From positions 28,830,001 through 28,894,000 of the forward strand of contig OX597837.1 in assembly GCA_951406725.2 (NCBI GenBank): a stretch of DNA of 64,000 bases. Direction: 5' to 3'. Position 1 is the stretch's first letter, and each line of letters begins with the position of its first letter. The notes below the pieces were generated by a model. That model did no database searches. It was not told where the DNA came from and saw nothing but the letters and a program-made list of their open reading frames with translations. The position numbers and the translations under genes were made by a program. This stretch comes from Octopus vulgaris. Lineage: Eukaryota. Shown here piece after piece: positions 27,234-42,096 of the stretch.

Positions 27234-28051
27234 TATATACATATATATTAATCAGCCGAAATTGCGAAGATGATCCGGTTCTTGACTGAAGATTGAAGGC
27301 TTCGAATGTCTCGTCCGTGTTTTTTGTATCGTCTTCTAAATGTTTCACGTTCTTGCGGTATTTCGTCTGCCGCTACGTTCTGAGTTCAAATTCCGCCGAG
27401 GTCGACTTTGCATTTCATCCTTTCGGGGATCGATTAAATAAATACCAGTTACACACTGGGGTCGATGTTATTGACCTAATCCGTTTGTCTGTCCTTGTTT
27501 GTCCTCTCTGTGTTTAGCCCCTTGGGGGTAGTAAAGAAATAGGTATTTCGTCTGTCTTTATGTTCTGAGTTCAAATTCCGCACATACATACATACATACA
27601 CACATACATACATACATACATACATACATACATACATACATACATACATACATACATACATACATACATACATACATACATACATACATACATACATACA
27701 TACATACATACATACATACATACATACATACATACATACATACATACATACATAGGTAGAGTTGGGAAGAAAAACCGCTCTTGATACTGAAAAATATTTC
27801 GAATGTCGTTGTATTATGTTTCATGAGGGGACATGTGGGGCGACTTACGGAAACACAAAACTGTTGTGCATTGTTTGTTTGCGTGCATGTGTGTGAACGC
27901 GTGCGTGACGGATATATAAAAGGTTACAAAATACCGATGAGGTCTAAAGAACAATATCAAAATTTCGTAAATATTTTGCTGTGACATATTGGCATTCATT
28001 GGTCGTGTGTTATGTAATCAGTTTGTATTAGTGAGTGAGTGATGAATTCTG

Positions 28052-28082
<31 letters not shown>

Positions 28083-28620
28083 TACCAGAGAAATTCGTTT
28101 CTGTAGATAGTTTATCAAAATCCGACATTGAAGTGGAGAGTGGAGAGTGGGGGGGAGGTGTTCAAAGTCAGATAGACGTTAACAGGATGACGGGAGGTGA
28201 AGTGAGGGGGGAATGGGGCATGAGAATGCGATAACTAATAGATGATAGAGCTTAGAGGGAGGGAGCGAGGGAGCGAGCGAGGGAGCGAAAGGTAGGGGAC
28301 GAAAAGAAAGAAAGAAGGAAAGAAGGAAGGAAGGAAAGAAAGAAGGAAGGAAGGAAGGAAGGAAGGAAGGAAGGAAAGAAAGAAAGAAAAAAAAAGAAAG
28401 AAAGAAAGAAAGAGAGAAAGAAAGAAAGAAAGATAGGGGACGAGAAGAAAGAAGGAAAGAAAGAAAGAAAGAAAGAAAGAAAGAAGGAAAGAAAGAAAGA
28501 AGGGAGGAAGGAATGAAAGAAAGAAAGAAAGGAAGAAAGAAGGAGGGAAAGAAAGAAGGAAAGAAAGTAAGAAAGAAGGAAAGAAAGTAAGAAAGAAGGA
28601 AGGAAGGAAAGAAAGAAGGA

Positions 28621-28667
<47 letters not shown>

Positions 28668-28955
28668 GGGACGAGAAGAAAGAAAGAAAGGGGGAGATCT
28701 GAGTGAGTAGAGGAAAGAGATAAAGGGAAAAGAGTGATAGTAATAGTCAGATTAGGCAACAACAAAAAAATTGAGAGCGACTGATAAAAGATCGAAGAAA
28801 GAGTAAAAAAAAAAATTGAGAAAAAAGGGGGTCATGATAACTGCATTTCCCCCCCATTTCTTTTCCCTCAATTACTAAGCGATTTTTGGTTTAAGATAAC
28901 TTTCATTTCTATAGCTTGTATTCTGACAGTAAACTAAAATTTATTTTGATCGAAA

Positions 28956-29385
28956 ATGGCCGAAAATCGAATCAAAGGCAGAAGTATAAATGCAGATAAA
29001 GAATCGTCTGCGGATGTACATGTCCTGAATGGTAAATTATTAGGATCAGAGGGAAAAACCTCCTTCATAATCTATCTTCTTTCAGCACTAGCCCAGTTAT
29101 CGGTTTTGTGTGTCGGATATGATTTGGGGGCGTCTTCAGGGGCTGTACTTATCGTTAAAGATGCCATGCACCTTTCAACCATTTGGCAACAGTTAATTAT
29201 GGCTGGACCTTTACCTGTGGCTGTCATTATTTCAATTATTGCCACCAAAATCAGCGACAAATTTGGCCGAAGAAAAACAATTATGGCGAGCAGTGTTTCG
29301 TATATTATTGGATCTATTATTTCCGGGAGTGCAGTCAACCAATACATGCTTCTATGTGGACGATTTATTGTGGGTTTCGGATTCG
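28956..29385 (+). CDS. SLC2A13/HMIT-like sugar porter first coding exon, variant A (TM1-TM4)
   Basis: GYDLGASSGA, DKFGRRK, GRFIVGFGFG; donor G|GTAAG at 29386; 430 nt, phase 1. Confidence 0.88.
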
Positions 29386-29811
29386 GTAAGCAGAAAAGAA
29401 TTTGATTATTCTTGTTCTTAATTTATCACCAAGTCTTTATACACTTGCTGTGTTTGTTTTTTATCATTGTAGAATTTTGTTTTTCATTTGTTTCATTGTA
29501 GAACTTCGTGTATATTGTGAACCATTGCATGAATTCCATGAACAAAATATATGTGTGACAGTGCGAAAACTAACGTCTTTCTGAATGCCCGTCTATTTTT
29601 AAGCGTTCCAAACGTGACCATCCTGTTTGTTTTTTTTAACCCAGATATTTCACATGTCTCCTCCAGCTATCTTTTGTTTTTTGCTTGATTTTTTGTTTGG
29701 GCTTTTTTAGAACGAATCAAGGTAATGCTATAAGTAACTGAAAAATTGGAGGATGATAAGGTAAAAGGTGTCCGGTGATAGTTTTGCTGGCTCAGGTTAA
29801 TCGCCGATTGG

Positions 29812-30179
29812 AAGCACTCCGTCGGTTACGACGATGAGGGTTCTGCTTGATCCGATCAACGGAACAGCCTGCTCGTGAAATTAACGTGTAAGTGGCTGAG
29901 CACTCCACAGACACGTGTACCCTTAACGTAGTTCTCGGGGATATTCAGCGTGACACAGAGAGTGACAAGGCCGGCCCTTTGAAATACAGGTACAACAGAA
30001 ACAGGAAGAAAGAGCGAGAGAAATTTGTGGTGAAAGAGTACAGCAGGGATCACCACCATCCCCTGCCGGAGCCTCGTGGAGCTTTAGGTGTTTTCGCTCA
30101 ATAAACACTCACAACGCCCGGTCTGGGAATCAAAACCGCGATCCTATGACCGCGAGTCCGCTGCCCTAACCACTGGGCC
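29812..30179 (-). mobile_element. tRNA-derived SINE
   Basis: Reverse complement of the 33459 family. Confidence 0.88.
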
Positions 30180-30825
30180 GATTAATTATTGAAATAAAAC
30201 AAAATTTGATTTTCTTTTTTGTCCTAATTTTAATTTCAATTTCCCTTACATTCATTTGTTAACCAGACCCCCAACCACAAAAGTGTATGGTTACTGATGT
30301 CGCCCTTCATTGAACAGACTTCAAAGGCGTTCCAGCAATGGCTATCATATATGTTTCTCTATCAAAGACAAGATTTTACAATGTGTCCATCCTTTATTTA
30401 AAACATTAGATTGCAATTTGATCGAGCCTGGCTGCTATTTCTTGTAGTTCGATTGACCACCTAGTGGCTTCTGCAGTTGGCTTTCAGATAAACCAGCTAC
30501 TTAGAGATAAACCAGCTTTATCTGAAAACAGCTGGGAAATACTGTCTATGCGATCGCAGCAAAAACGACTCCACTACGCCCGCCCACCCATACAAACACA
30601 CACATACACACGCGCACACATAAAACACGCTTCTTTTATTATTACGTGGTAATTGCTGGCTTTGTGCTAAAATTCGAAACCATTTTTACATGGCAAAATA
30701 CGTAACAGATTTTTATCTCCCAGGTCTACTCTTGAATACGAAAATAATTTAGGGTTTCCATAACTTTCATTTGTTCCTTTGTACACTGACAGTAAAAAAG
30801 GCATTTATTCTGCTCCTGATCGAAA

Positions 30826-31219
30826 ATGACCGAAAATCCAAACAAATATAGATTTGAAAAATTGGACAAAGTGTTTCCCAAAAAAGAAAAAAGCTTCTTG
30901 AATCTCTATATTCTAACGATCATGGCACACATGTCGATTTTGTCATTTGGATGGGATTTGGGCGCTTCGTCAGGCGCTATACTTCTCGTCAAAGACGCCA
31001 TGCATCTTCCAGCCACATGGCAACAGCTGTTTATTGCTATGCCCAGTGTAGGGGCTGCCATCTTGTCCATCATTGGTTCTGAGATTAGTAACATATTTGG
31101 CCGAAGAAAAACTAGCATGGCGAGTAGTGTTTCGTTTTTTGCCGGCGCTGTTATTTCGGGAAGTGCAATGAACAAGTATATGCTTCTGTTTGGACGATTG
31201 CTGGTGGGTTTCGGATGTG
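30826..31219 (+). CDS. SLC2A13/HMIT-like first coding exon, variant B
   Basis: GWDLGASSGA, FGRRK, GRLLVGFGCG; donor G|GTAAG at 31220; 394 nt, phase 1. Confidence 0.88.
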
Positions 31220-31553
31220 GTAAGAGGAAACGAAATTATTATTCTTGGTACCATTTTGGAATTGGGTTCTCGCACTACTTATTATTTTTTTTATTTACTT
31301 TCTTTTCGTAATTTTTTTTTCTATATGCATTGACAATTATATTTTGGACCACTAATGGAACTTCATGCGCCGGTTACGGGTGCGTATCTTCTGTCTTTTC
31401 TTTCACTTGTATCTGTCCTCAGACTACGGCCATGCCTTGAAGAATTTCTAGTCGCATGACTCCACCCAGTACTTACTTTTTTAAAGCCTGGTACTTATTC
31501 TACCAATCTGTTTTGCCGAATCGTTAACTTACGGGGACGTAAACACACTAATA

Positions 31554-31783
31554 CCTATTTCTTTACTACCCACAAGGGGCTAAACACAGAGAGGACAAAC
31601 AAGGAGATTAAGTCGATTGATTATATCGACCCCAGTGCGTAACTGGTACTTATTTAATCGACCCCGAAAGGATGAAAGGCAGAGTCGACCTCGGCGGAAT
31701 TTGAACTCAGAACGAAACGGCAGACTAAATACGGCTATGCATTTCGCCCGGCGTGCTAACGTTTCTGCCAGCTCGCCGCCTTA
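31554..31783 (-). mobile_element. SINE (ggcggcgagctggcagaaacgttagc head family) nested in another SINE remnant
   Basis: Related copies at ~14140, ~27370 and 38663. Confidence 0.8.
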
Positions 31784-32857
31784 AACACACTAATACCAGT
31801 TATCAAATGGTGGGGGACAAATAAAAACATAAAGACAAACACACACATGACACACACGTACACACAACACACACACACACACAACACACACACACAACGC
31901 ACACACACAACTCACACACACAACGCACACACACAACGTACACACACAACTCACACACACACACAACTCACACACACACACACAACACACACACACACAA
32001 TGGGAAAATACTCTGAATTAAGATACCTCTAAAATGTGAATACAAACGGAATGAAACAAGTTTTGCGTATATCGGACCGCGGATTCCCAAGTATGCATTT
32101 TTTTAGGTTATTTTGTGGGAGTTTGTTTCCACAAATTTAAGCAGTAAAACCTGGAATTATTGCCCTTCACTGTGAACACTGGATAGTTTTGTTTCCATAA
32201 CTACAAATGTGTACCCCCACCGACTTTTTGCCTCATAACTTCCAGAAAAATGAATACTTTTTGACGGAATTTTCAACAAATACCGCTTAGATGTTGTGGA
32301 TTCAGAGCATATAGGGATTTATGGGATAGTATTTTCCCGAGGGTTTAGGGAGAGAAGTTTCGGAAAATTCACACGATCCGACTTTTTCCCTCATAACTTT
32401 CAGGAAAATGAATTTCTTTTAATAAAATTTTATACAAATACCTTTCAAACGGCATAGATTACGATTATAACAAAATTTGTGGAGAATTTTTTTCTCGAAG
32501 GGATGGAGAGAGAAGTTTCGGAAAAATACATTCGAAAGTGATAAAGAAACGAGAAGGGTTGTCTTGTAATGTGCTAGAAACTACTGCCAAATCTCCTTTA
32601 AATCACTCACTTTTTCCTCTAAAAATATTAACAATTTTTTAAATATTTTTTTTACCAAAAAGGCCCCTCCTATGGGAAAAAAACTCCGAAAATATCATAA
32701 CCCTGAAATGGAAAAATTGTTTCCATTAATTTTATGTTTACGCTATATAATAATTCCTTTTGCACTTTTGTAGAAGTGTACACATATGTTATAAATAAAT
32801 GCTGTTATTGGAGTTCAAGTTTATCGCGGAGGCTCTATTTCTATTAGATGCAGCAAA

Positions 32858-33260
32858 TCTTTATATATAAAAGAGAAGTTGTGTGTCTGTCTCCTACGAT
32901 TTAGATTCCTAACTACTCCCACATTTTGCGGTGCAGTTTAACCAAAACCGGGTATCTTATAGTCGTGATTCATATCGAGCCCTTCTGGGTATTAGCACGC
33001 GTCTACGATGAGTCTACGATTTAAAAAAAAATTTACCATCATTTTTTTCCATTTTAATGCGTTTTTTTCGCTATTATATAAAGGGAAGTAACTCTCTAAA
33101 AATGTCTACGATGAGTCAACGATTTTTTAAGAAATTTACCATCATTTTTTTTCCATTTTTAATGCATTTTTTTTTTTGCTATTTTTTGGCTATAACTCTC
33201 TAAAAATGCTTTATAGTTATTTCCCTTACAAACCCGAGCAACGCCGGGCGATACTGCTAG
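32858..33260 (+). mobile_element. Non-autonomous Helitron-like element
   Basis: A|TC start, subterminal hairpin cccgagcaacgccggg, CTAG|T end, no TSD. Confidence 0.85.
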
Positions 33261-33458
33261 TAATCAATAAAACTTTAAACATGAACTTGTAAGCCAGACT
33301 TATGATGACACGAACGAATTGAAATATATAACTGAAGTATCATAAAATTAACTTCCAATTTCAATGCCATGTTGAAATCAGCTTCAGTGTTTTATAACCT
33401 AAACTGTCAGTGACCCAACGGGTAATGGTATTCTAGTATATGTATATATATATAAGAG

Positions 33459-33841
33459 TGGAGGCGCAATGGCCCAGTGGTTAGGGCAGCGGACTCGCGG
33501 TCGTAGGATCGCGGTTTCGATTCCCAGACCGGGCGTTGTTAGTGTTTATTGAGCGAAAACACCTAAAAGCTCCACGAGGCTCCGGCAGGGGATGGTGGTG
33601 ATCCCTGATGTACTCTTTCACCACAACTTTCTCTCACTCTTACTTCCTGTTTCTGTTGTACCTGTATTTCAGGGGGCCGGCCTTGTCACTCTCTGTGTCA
33701 CGCTGAATATCGCCGAGAACTACGTTAAGGGTGCACGTGTCTGTGGAGTGCTCAGCCACTTACACGTTAATTTCACGAGCAAGCTGTTCCGTTGATTCGG
33801 ATCAAGCGGAACCCTCGTCGTCGTAACCGACGGAGTGCTTC

Positions 33842-33843
<2 letters not shown>
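33459..33843 (+). mobile_element. Full-length tRNA-derived SINE
   Basis: tRNA-like A box (tggcccagtgg) and B-box-like gtttcgattcc; many near-identical copies in the window. Confidence 0.92.
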
Positions 33844-33910
<67 letters not shown>

Positions 33911-34457
33911 ATTGACTGATTGATCGTTAGCCACTACACACGTTTTTTCTCTCCTTGTTTCTTCTGTGTCCCTTTCTGTATCAGCGCCAAGTCAACTCTT
34001 ATAAAAGTATTATTTATAGAATCCGTTTTATATTCTTTTAATTTACAATTATTTTTTATAAAAACATCCTCGATGTTAACTTTAGTATTTTGTTTGGCGG
34101 TACCCCCGGACATTACAGGGTTCTCACGTGATGGATGAGCACCATCCATCACGGTTCACCATGCATGTTCTTAATTCAACATTTGCCATTCCTGAAGTAA
34201 GTTGTCCACGTAGGTTAAACTTTTTCTTTCCCAGTTGATTCTTCCTTCAACTGACTATCGTAGGACCAGCTGACACACAGATTCTTCTGGGTGTCTGATG
34301 TAATGACCAATCTTCATTCCTCTCGGTTGAATCTTCTTGGTCACTTTGAGTAGATCTTGATAAAGCTACTTGTTGGTTAAATGAACTCGCCATGTAACAT
34401 TCAAAGTCATTCTTAACAGTATTTGTAGCTTCATTAATAAATGATATAAAACAAATC

Positions 34458-34728
34458 GGCTGCGGGGTCATTCCGAAAAGCTCTCTCTGCGACGATTTCA
34501 TCTCAATCGAAGGAGAGGGCCTTTCTCCGTCCGGGTTGCGGATCCGTGGAATAAGCTGCCGGACGAGATAGTGAAGATGCCGACGACCGCTCGGTTCAAA
34601 GTCTCCCTTGACCACAAATGGCCTGAACTCTTTACATGAACACCACTCTGTACTTAACTCCATGTCCCCCTACATGGCCTTACTTTTTGCTTTTTGAGCC
34701 AAAAAATTAACTAACTAACTAACTAACA
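34458..34728 (+). mobile_element. CR1-type LINE 3' end
   Basis: LRGHSEKL...FSVRVADPWNKLP...FKVSLD followed by a (CTAA)n tail. Confidence 0.8.
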
Positions 34729-35035
34729 TGTAGAATATCTGGGCCAGATATGGCCGGTTTAAACACTAAAGAGTTAAAGACTGAAGATGGGATTCGAGTG
34801 AGAAGCTGTAGATGTGATCTGAAAAAAGATTGTAGGTATGACAAAGAGATAATGAAATTTTTGGAACGATATGCATGAACGGTAAATGCACTTCATTGTT
34901 GCTCCCGTATCACGCTACAGGCAACGTGATGTCTCGTGCAAGAGCCAGTTTTATTTCAAAGCAACTCCAGACAGAAAAGTGTAGCATTACTCAAGAAACT
35001 AACTAAATCACAATGGTATATATCTTTCAATCACC

Positions 35036-35698
35036 TGTTTTAACATATTTTTATTTTTTATGCACCCTTTTCAAGTCTAGCCAAGCTCATGGGTCCGGTT
35101 TCCCGGTTTCTGTGGCGTATGTGTTCCCCCCAGCTGGACGGGACGCCAGTCCATCGCAGCGTTCCTCAAGAAACAGGAAGAGAGAGTGAGAGAAGTTGGG
35201 GCGAAAGAGTACAACAGGGGTCGCCACCATCCCCTGCCGGAGCCTCGTGGAGCTTTAGGCGTTTTCACTCAATAAAAACACACAACGCCCGTCTGGGAAT
35301 CAAGACCGCGATCTTCCGACCGCGAGTCCGCTGCCCTAACCACTGGGCCATTGCGCCTCTGTTTTAACATATTTTTATTTTTTATGCGCCCTTTTCAAGC
35401 CTAGCCAGGCTCATGGGCCCAGTTTCCTGGTTTCTGTGGCGTATGTGTTCTCCCCAGTTGGACGGGACGCCAGTCCATCGCAGCATTACTCAAGAAACAA
35501 GAAGAAAGAGTGAGAGAAAGTTGGGACGAAAGAGTACAACAGGGGTCGCCACCATCCCCTGCCGGAGCCTCGTGGAGATTTAGGCGTTTTCGCTCAATAA
35601 ACACACACAACGCCCGTCTGGGAATTGAAACCGTGATCCTCCGACCGCGAGTCCGCTGCCCTAACCACTGGGCCATTACGTCTCTGTTTTAACATATT
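35036..35698 (-). mobile_element. Two tandem SINE copies (~325-bp unit)
   Basis: ctgttttaacatatt occurs three times, delimiting two SINE copies. Confidence 0.85.
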
Positions 35699-35707
35699 AG
35701 GATACTT

Positions 35708-36117
35708 GGATCTTTTCGGTTTGAATGGCAGTTTTTAACATATTATCTAGGTAACTAAAAAATTTTAAACTTCGTATACTGGTAGAATGTGTTTATAAAA
35801 CATCTTTTTCTCTCGGCTTTTTTGAGAAAATTCTATGATTTGTAAGATATTTGTTGTTGTTTTTCTTCAATTTCTGCAATTTCAACCAATCAAATACGTC
35901 TACTGAGGTAAAAAAAAAAACATTCTGTGCCGTATGAATATGTCCCTCGTTTAAGAAACAGATTGGGTTTATTTACATTTGTGAAGAAAAAAAGATGCCC
36001 TTCCCCCCACCCCTAACCCTAACCCTAAAACAGATTGAAATGCATTAGATCGATACTAGGGTCATAATTATGGGCGACAATTTCTAGAAAAAACTGTCGT
36101 TCAAACCGAAAAGATCC
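35708..36117. mobile_element. MITE (GGATC TIR family), copy 2
   Basis: TIRs and a perfect 8-bp TSD ggatactt. Confidence 0.93.
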
Positions 36118-36459
36118 GGATACTTAAATGTAGATTAGTTTAGTAATAAACAGAAGAGACGGAGAAAGCAGAGTTCGAATCGAAGACTCGTAGAGTCATA
36201 TCTAGAGTCGAAGATTTTATATACCGATTCCATAGTTTTGGTTTCAGCCATGAGCATCACCTGTCTTTTTTTTTAAAGCAATTCAACTGTAACCTTCCAT
36301 CTTTTAAAAATGTTCCACCCGTAACTGCCCAATATTTTCAAAGGGCTTTCAAACCACAAATGTCGCGCGTTCCAAACGAGACCACCCCATACTTATTAAA
36401 CTAAATCCCCCCACCCTGTACCCCACCCTACCGTCCTCTATTTAAAATAATAATAATAT

Positions 36460-36960
<501 letters not shown>

Positions 36961-37550
36961 AATTATTGTATACAGTGCTCAGGTGCACACGTTGGATAAT
37001 ACAACCCAGGAATTCTAAACCCGAAAAATATCAGAAGCAATGGTCATGGGTGGAATGATTTTAAACATAACTCCTAGATTAACGCTCGGAAAGCAAAATG
37101 ATAATTGTCATTTTATGAATTACAGTTTACGACACTTAGTTGTGGTTTCAGGAAGATTACAATCCGTAGATGTGATTTGAATGAAATTAAACTTTGTATT
37201 TAGTTTGCACGATATTAAATTTCGTAGGCGTGACTTGCATCAAATCTAATTACATTTTCTCGTCACATGTAACAGAGTAGATGCCCCGGGTTGACTTGAA
37301 AAAAGCATGTTTATTTAAACCTGTTTCAGTTGGCAAGTATTTGTATTTGCATTCGGTTATTGAACATATATGTTAAGGAGTTTATATACCTCATGCACAT
37401 ATTTCAACACAACTATGGAATCGGTATATAAAATCTTCGACTCTAGATATGACTCTACGAGTCTTCGATTCAAACTCTGCTTTCTTTGTCTCTTCTGTTT
37501 ATTACTAAACAATGACATCGCGTTTTTATCATCGTACAGTTATATATCAG

Positions 37551-37920
37551 TGGAGGCGCAATGGCCCAGTGGTTAGGGCAGCGGACTCGCGGTTTCGATT
37601 CCCAGACCGGGTGTTGTGAGTGTTTATTGAGCGAAAACACCTAAAAGCTCCACGAGGCTCCGGCAGGGGATGGTGGTGATCCCTGCTGCACCCTTTCACC
37701 ACAACTTTCTCTCACTCTTACTTCCTGTTTCTGTTTTACCTGTGTTTCAGGGGGCCGGCCTTGTCACTCTCTGTGTCACGCTGAATATCCCCGAGAACAA
37801 CGTTAAGGCTACACGTGTCTGTGGAGTGCTCAGCCACTTACACGTTAATTTCACGAGCAGGCTGTTCCGTTGATTCGGATCAACCGGAACCCTCATCGTC
37901 GTAACCGACGGAGTGCTTCC
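37551..37920 (+). mobile_element. tRNA-derived SINE
   Basis: Family match; TSD-like acagttatatatca on both sides. Confidence 0.9.
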
Positions 37921-38045
37921 ATCCACAGTTATATATCACTGCCACTAGTAATATATTTTCCCGTATACTTTTCTTTTAATTCGATCGGAAACAGCTGACA
38001 ATCAAAACAGAGATATTCTAAAATATTCTAAAGGAGGATAAAACC

Positions 38046-38479
38046 GGATCTTTTCGGTTTGAACGGCAGTTTTTAACATAATTTCTAGGTAACTAAAAAA
38101 ATTTTAAACTTTGTATACTGGTAGAATGTGTTTATAAAACATCTTTTTCTCTTGGTTTTATTGAGAAAATTCTATAGGTTGTAAGATATTTGTTGTTTTT
38201 TTCTTCAATTTCTGCAATTTCAACCAATCAATGACGTCTATTGAGGTAAAAAGCATTCTGTGTCGTATGAATACGTCCCTCGTTTAAGAAACAGATTGGG
38301 TTTATTTACATTTGTGAAGAAAAAAAGATATCTTTTCCCCCACCCCTAACCCTAACTAACCCTAGCCCTAACCCTAAAACCGATTGAAATGCAATAGATC
38401 GATACAAGGGTCATAATTATGGGTGACAATTTCATATGAAAACGCTAAAAAAAAACTGTCGTTCAAACCGAAAAGATCC
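38046..38479. mobile_element. MITE (GGATC TIR family), copy 3
   Basis: TIRs and a perfect 8-bp TSD ataaaacc. Confidence 0.93.
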
Positions 38480-38561
38480 ATAAAACCAGCATTATTTGAA
38501 AGTATTTCAGTCAGTGAATCTGAGAATTTGCGATAGTGGAGCCGCTTTTATTTGATCGAAA

Positions 38562-38890
38562 ATGGCCGAACGTCAAAAGAGAGATACAAATAATGTTAAA
38601 CAGGATAAGGAAACAATTGCAGAGGGAAAAACGTCGTTAAAGTTTATATAAAATCATCGTTAAGGCGGCGAGCTGGCAGAAACGTTAGCACGCTGGGTGA
38701 AATGCTTAGCGGTCTGTCGTTACGTTGTGAGTTCAAATTCCGGCGAGGTCGACTTTGCCTTTCATTCTTTCGGGGTCGATAAATTAAATAGCAGTTGCGT
38801 ACTGGGGTCGATCTAATCAACTTGATCCCTACTCAAAAATTTCAGGGCTTGTGCCTCGAGTAGAAAAAAATATTTTTATTCTTGATCTCA
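38562..38890 (+). pseudogene. Relic transporter first exon, variant C (body lost, SINE in its place)
   Basis: gatcgaaaATGGCC start, MAERQKRDTNNVKQDKETIAEGKTSLKFI*, then a SINE (38663-38862), then the conserved post-donor sequence tatttttattcttgatc. Confidence 0.8.
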
Positions 38891-39394
38891 AATTCTACAA
38901 CCACTATTTCTTTTCTAGAATTTATTAAATGCATTTTCATAAAATAACATTTTAACAAAAACATCCTTAATGTTAACTTTAGGTTTTTTGCTAAATTCTT
39001 TATAACATGGGTGGATTGCTTTTAATCACAAGTCTGCTGGTTCGACTCACTGCTAGATTATTTCCTGAAAAACAAAATGCTAATCTAAGATACTAGTTCG
39101 TGATTTGAATGAGATTGAAGTTCATAAATGCAATTCGAATGAGATTGAAGTCCATAAATGCGATTCGAATAAATACCATGTTAAGGTTTTTTTTCTTTAT
39201 CTTTTCTTTTTTTTTTTAATTGTTAATGAATTTTAAAACCGTGGTGTTGATTTGTATGAAATCTGATGTCGTATTCTCGTAACTCGAGGTCGCGTGTTGG
39301 CTCTTATAAGCCAGCTTTATCTGAAAGTATTTCAGTCAGTAAGCAAGTCTGTGCGATTATTGCAGTATTAGACCCACTTTCATATTGATCGGAA

Positions 39395-39779
39395 ATGGCT
39401 GGAAGTCGAAGCAAATACGCATGTAGTAAGGAAACGCTTGAGGAGAGGAAAGTGTCGTTAAGACTGTATTTTCTGACGGTCCTGGTAGAAATGTCGGTTT
39501 TCTCAGTAGGATGTGATTTTGGTGCAACGTCAGGCGCTATGCTTCTCGTCAAAGAAACCATGGAACTTTCATCGATTTGGCAAGTGCTTATTATTTCTGG
39601 ACCCTTACCCGTGGCTGCAATTGTGTGCGTTGTTGGATCTCATATTAGCAACAAAATTGGCCGAAGGAAAACTGTTATGGCGAGTAGTATTTCCTTTTTA
39701 GCTGGAGCGATTATTTCAGGAAGTGCCGTCAACAAATATATGCTGCTGTTTGGGCGATGTCTGATTGGTTTGGGATTCG
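39395..39779 (+). CDS. SLC2A13/HMIT-like first coding exon, variant D
   Basis: GCDFGATSGAMLL, NKIGRRK, GRCLIGLGFG; donor G|GTAAG at 39780; 385 nt, phase 1. Confidence 0.88.
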
Positions 39780-40148
39780 GTAAGAGGAAACAATATTTTT
39801 ATTCTTGATCCCACTTTGTCATCAGGTTTTCCCACCAATTTTTTTCCCACTACTTTCCATATGCATTTAATTATTAAATTGTGAAATACAACCAGAATTT
39901 TATGCACGAAATATGTGCACAGACACAGTCTTTTACTTCTAAGACTGTTTTGTTTGTCTCAACAATCTTCCCATAGCAGATTATACCTTGGATTCTTACC
40001 ACGGAAACAGGCATAAATATATCTGAAACTTTCGATTGGCTAAAATTACCCAAAATTCACAAACTTACAAAGATATTAGCCTTTTATTTAATTTATGACA
40101 AAAATTACTTTTATTTCCATAATTAGCATACAAAACTACATCAATATA

Positions 40149-40530
40149 GGAGCACTCCGTCGGTTACGACGATGAGGGTCCCAGCTGATACGATCAACGG
40201 AACAGCTTGCTCGTGGAATTAACGTGTAAGTGGCTGAGCACTCCACAGACAAGTGTACCCTTAACGTAGTTCTCGAGGAAATTCAGCGTGACACAGAGTG
40301 TGACAAGGCTGGCCCTTTGAAATACAGGTACAACAGAAACAGGAAGAAAGAGCGAGAGAAAGTTGTGGTGAAAGAGTACAGCAGGGTTCACCACCACCCC
40401 CTGCAGGAGCCTCGTGAAGCTTTAGGTGTTTTCGCTCAATAAACACTCACAATGCCCGGTCTGGGAATCGAAACCGCGATCCTCCGACCGCGAGTCCGCT
40501 GCCCTAACCACTGGGCCATTGCGCCTCCAC
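40149..40530 (-). mobile_element. Full-length tRNA-derived SINE
   Basis: Family match; TSD actacatcaata. Confidence 0.92.
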
Positions 40531-40684
40531 ACTACATCAATACACCAGATTTGAAATCAATTGGAACAAAATTAAAGGAAGTGAAAAGAGTGAACCAAAA
40601 GAAAAGATACTTTTTTTCTCATCTATGATTTGTGACCGTTTACTATTCCTAGGAAATATAACTATTAATGCTGCTTAGGTGTAC

Positions 40685-40772
40685 ATCGGCACACCGGCAC
40701 ACCGGCACACCGGCACACCGACACACCGGCACATCGGCACACCGGCACACCGGCACATCGGCACACCGGCCA
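40685..40772. repeat. 9-bp tandem repeat (cacaccggc)
   Basis: Directly visible in the sequence. Confidence 0.9.
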
Positions 40773-41394
40773 CGATTATCCCGCCTTTTATCTACGACAA
40801 CAACTACATTTTTCAATCGGTCTTTCCTTTGCTTCAAAAGGTAAACAGATTTGAGTGACGTTCAGCTGTTTAGCAGATCCAGTGACTGCGTAGATATGCA
40901 CTAATTCATTCGTTATAAATCTGGATTTTTGTGAAGACATTTCTGTAGCTTAGTTGGGACTACAGCATGTTATTCAAAGCCAGTTTTATTTGAAAGCACT
41001 GTCGGAGCCTCGTGGAGCTTTAGGTGTTTTCGCTCAATAAACACTCACAACGCCCGGTCTGGGAATCGAAACCGCGATCCTACGACCGCGAGTCCGCTGC
41101 CCTAACCACTGGGCCATTGCGCCTCCACCTTAATAATTACACTATGCTGTTGAACCACATCATAAAGAAAATAATACACCTCATGCTTATATTTCAGCAG
41201 TCACACACAACGACACACGCCAAACGTGTCTTATAATCGCACAATTGTATATTACTACCAGTAATTATAAGATTCGTCATATATCTTTGCCTTTGGTCTT
41301 CTTTTAAATATTTTATCGGATTTGAGTTTACGTAATTTTCTTACTACATTTTGTTTTCGGGCAGTAAACACCTTTTTTTTTATTTCGATCGGAT

Positions 41395-41792
41395 ATGGCC
41401 AAAAGTCGAAACAAAGGCATACTTCATGTAAAACAGGATAAGGAAACCCCTAAGAAGGAAAAAAAAAAGGGGGCATTAAGAATTTATTTTCTGAAGGTCA
41501 TAGTAGTAATGTTGATTTTCTCAGTAGGATGCGATGTCATCAAAGAAACCATGCAACTTTCATCGATTTGACAAGGCGCAGGAGTGGCTGTGTGGTAAGT
41601 AGCTTGCTTACCAACCACATGGTTCCGGGTTCAGTCCCACTGCGTGGCATCTTGGGCAAGTGCCTTCTGCTATAGCCCCGGGCCGACCAATCCCTTGTGA
41701 GTGGATTTGGTTGACGTAAACTGAAAAAGCCTGTCGATATATGTATATATATATATATATATATATTTAAATATATATATATTTATATATAT

Positions 41793-41871
<79 letters not shown>

Positions 41872-42034
41872 CGCAGGAGTGGCTGTGTGGTAAGTAGCTT
41901 GTTTACCAACCACATGGTTCCGGGTTCAGTCCCACTGCGCGGCACCTTGGGCAAGTGTTTTCTACTATAGCCTCAGGCCGACCAATCCCTTGTGAGTGGA
42001 TTTGGTAGACGGAAACTGAAAGAAGCCCGTCGTA

Positions 42035-42096
<62 letters not shown>

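Noticed and set aside
33459-33535. tRNA-like sequences
   Set aside because: These are SINE heads continuing into SINE bodies, not tRNA genes.
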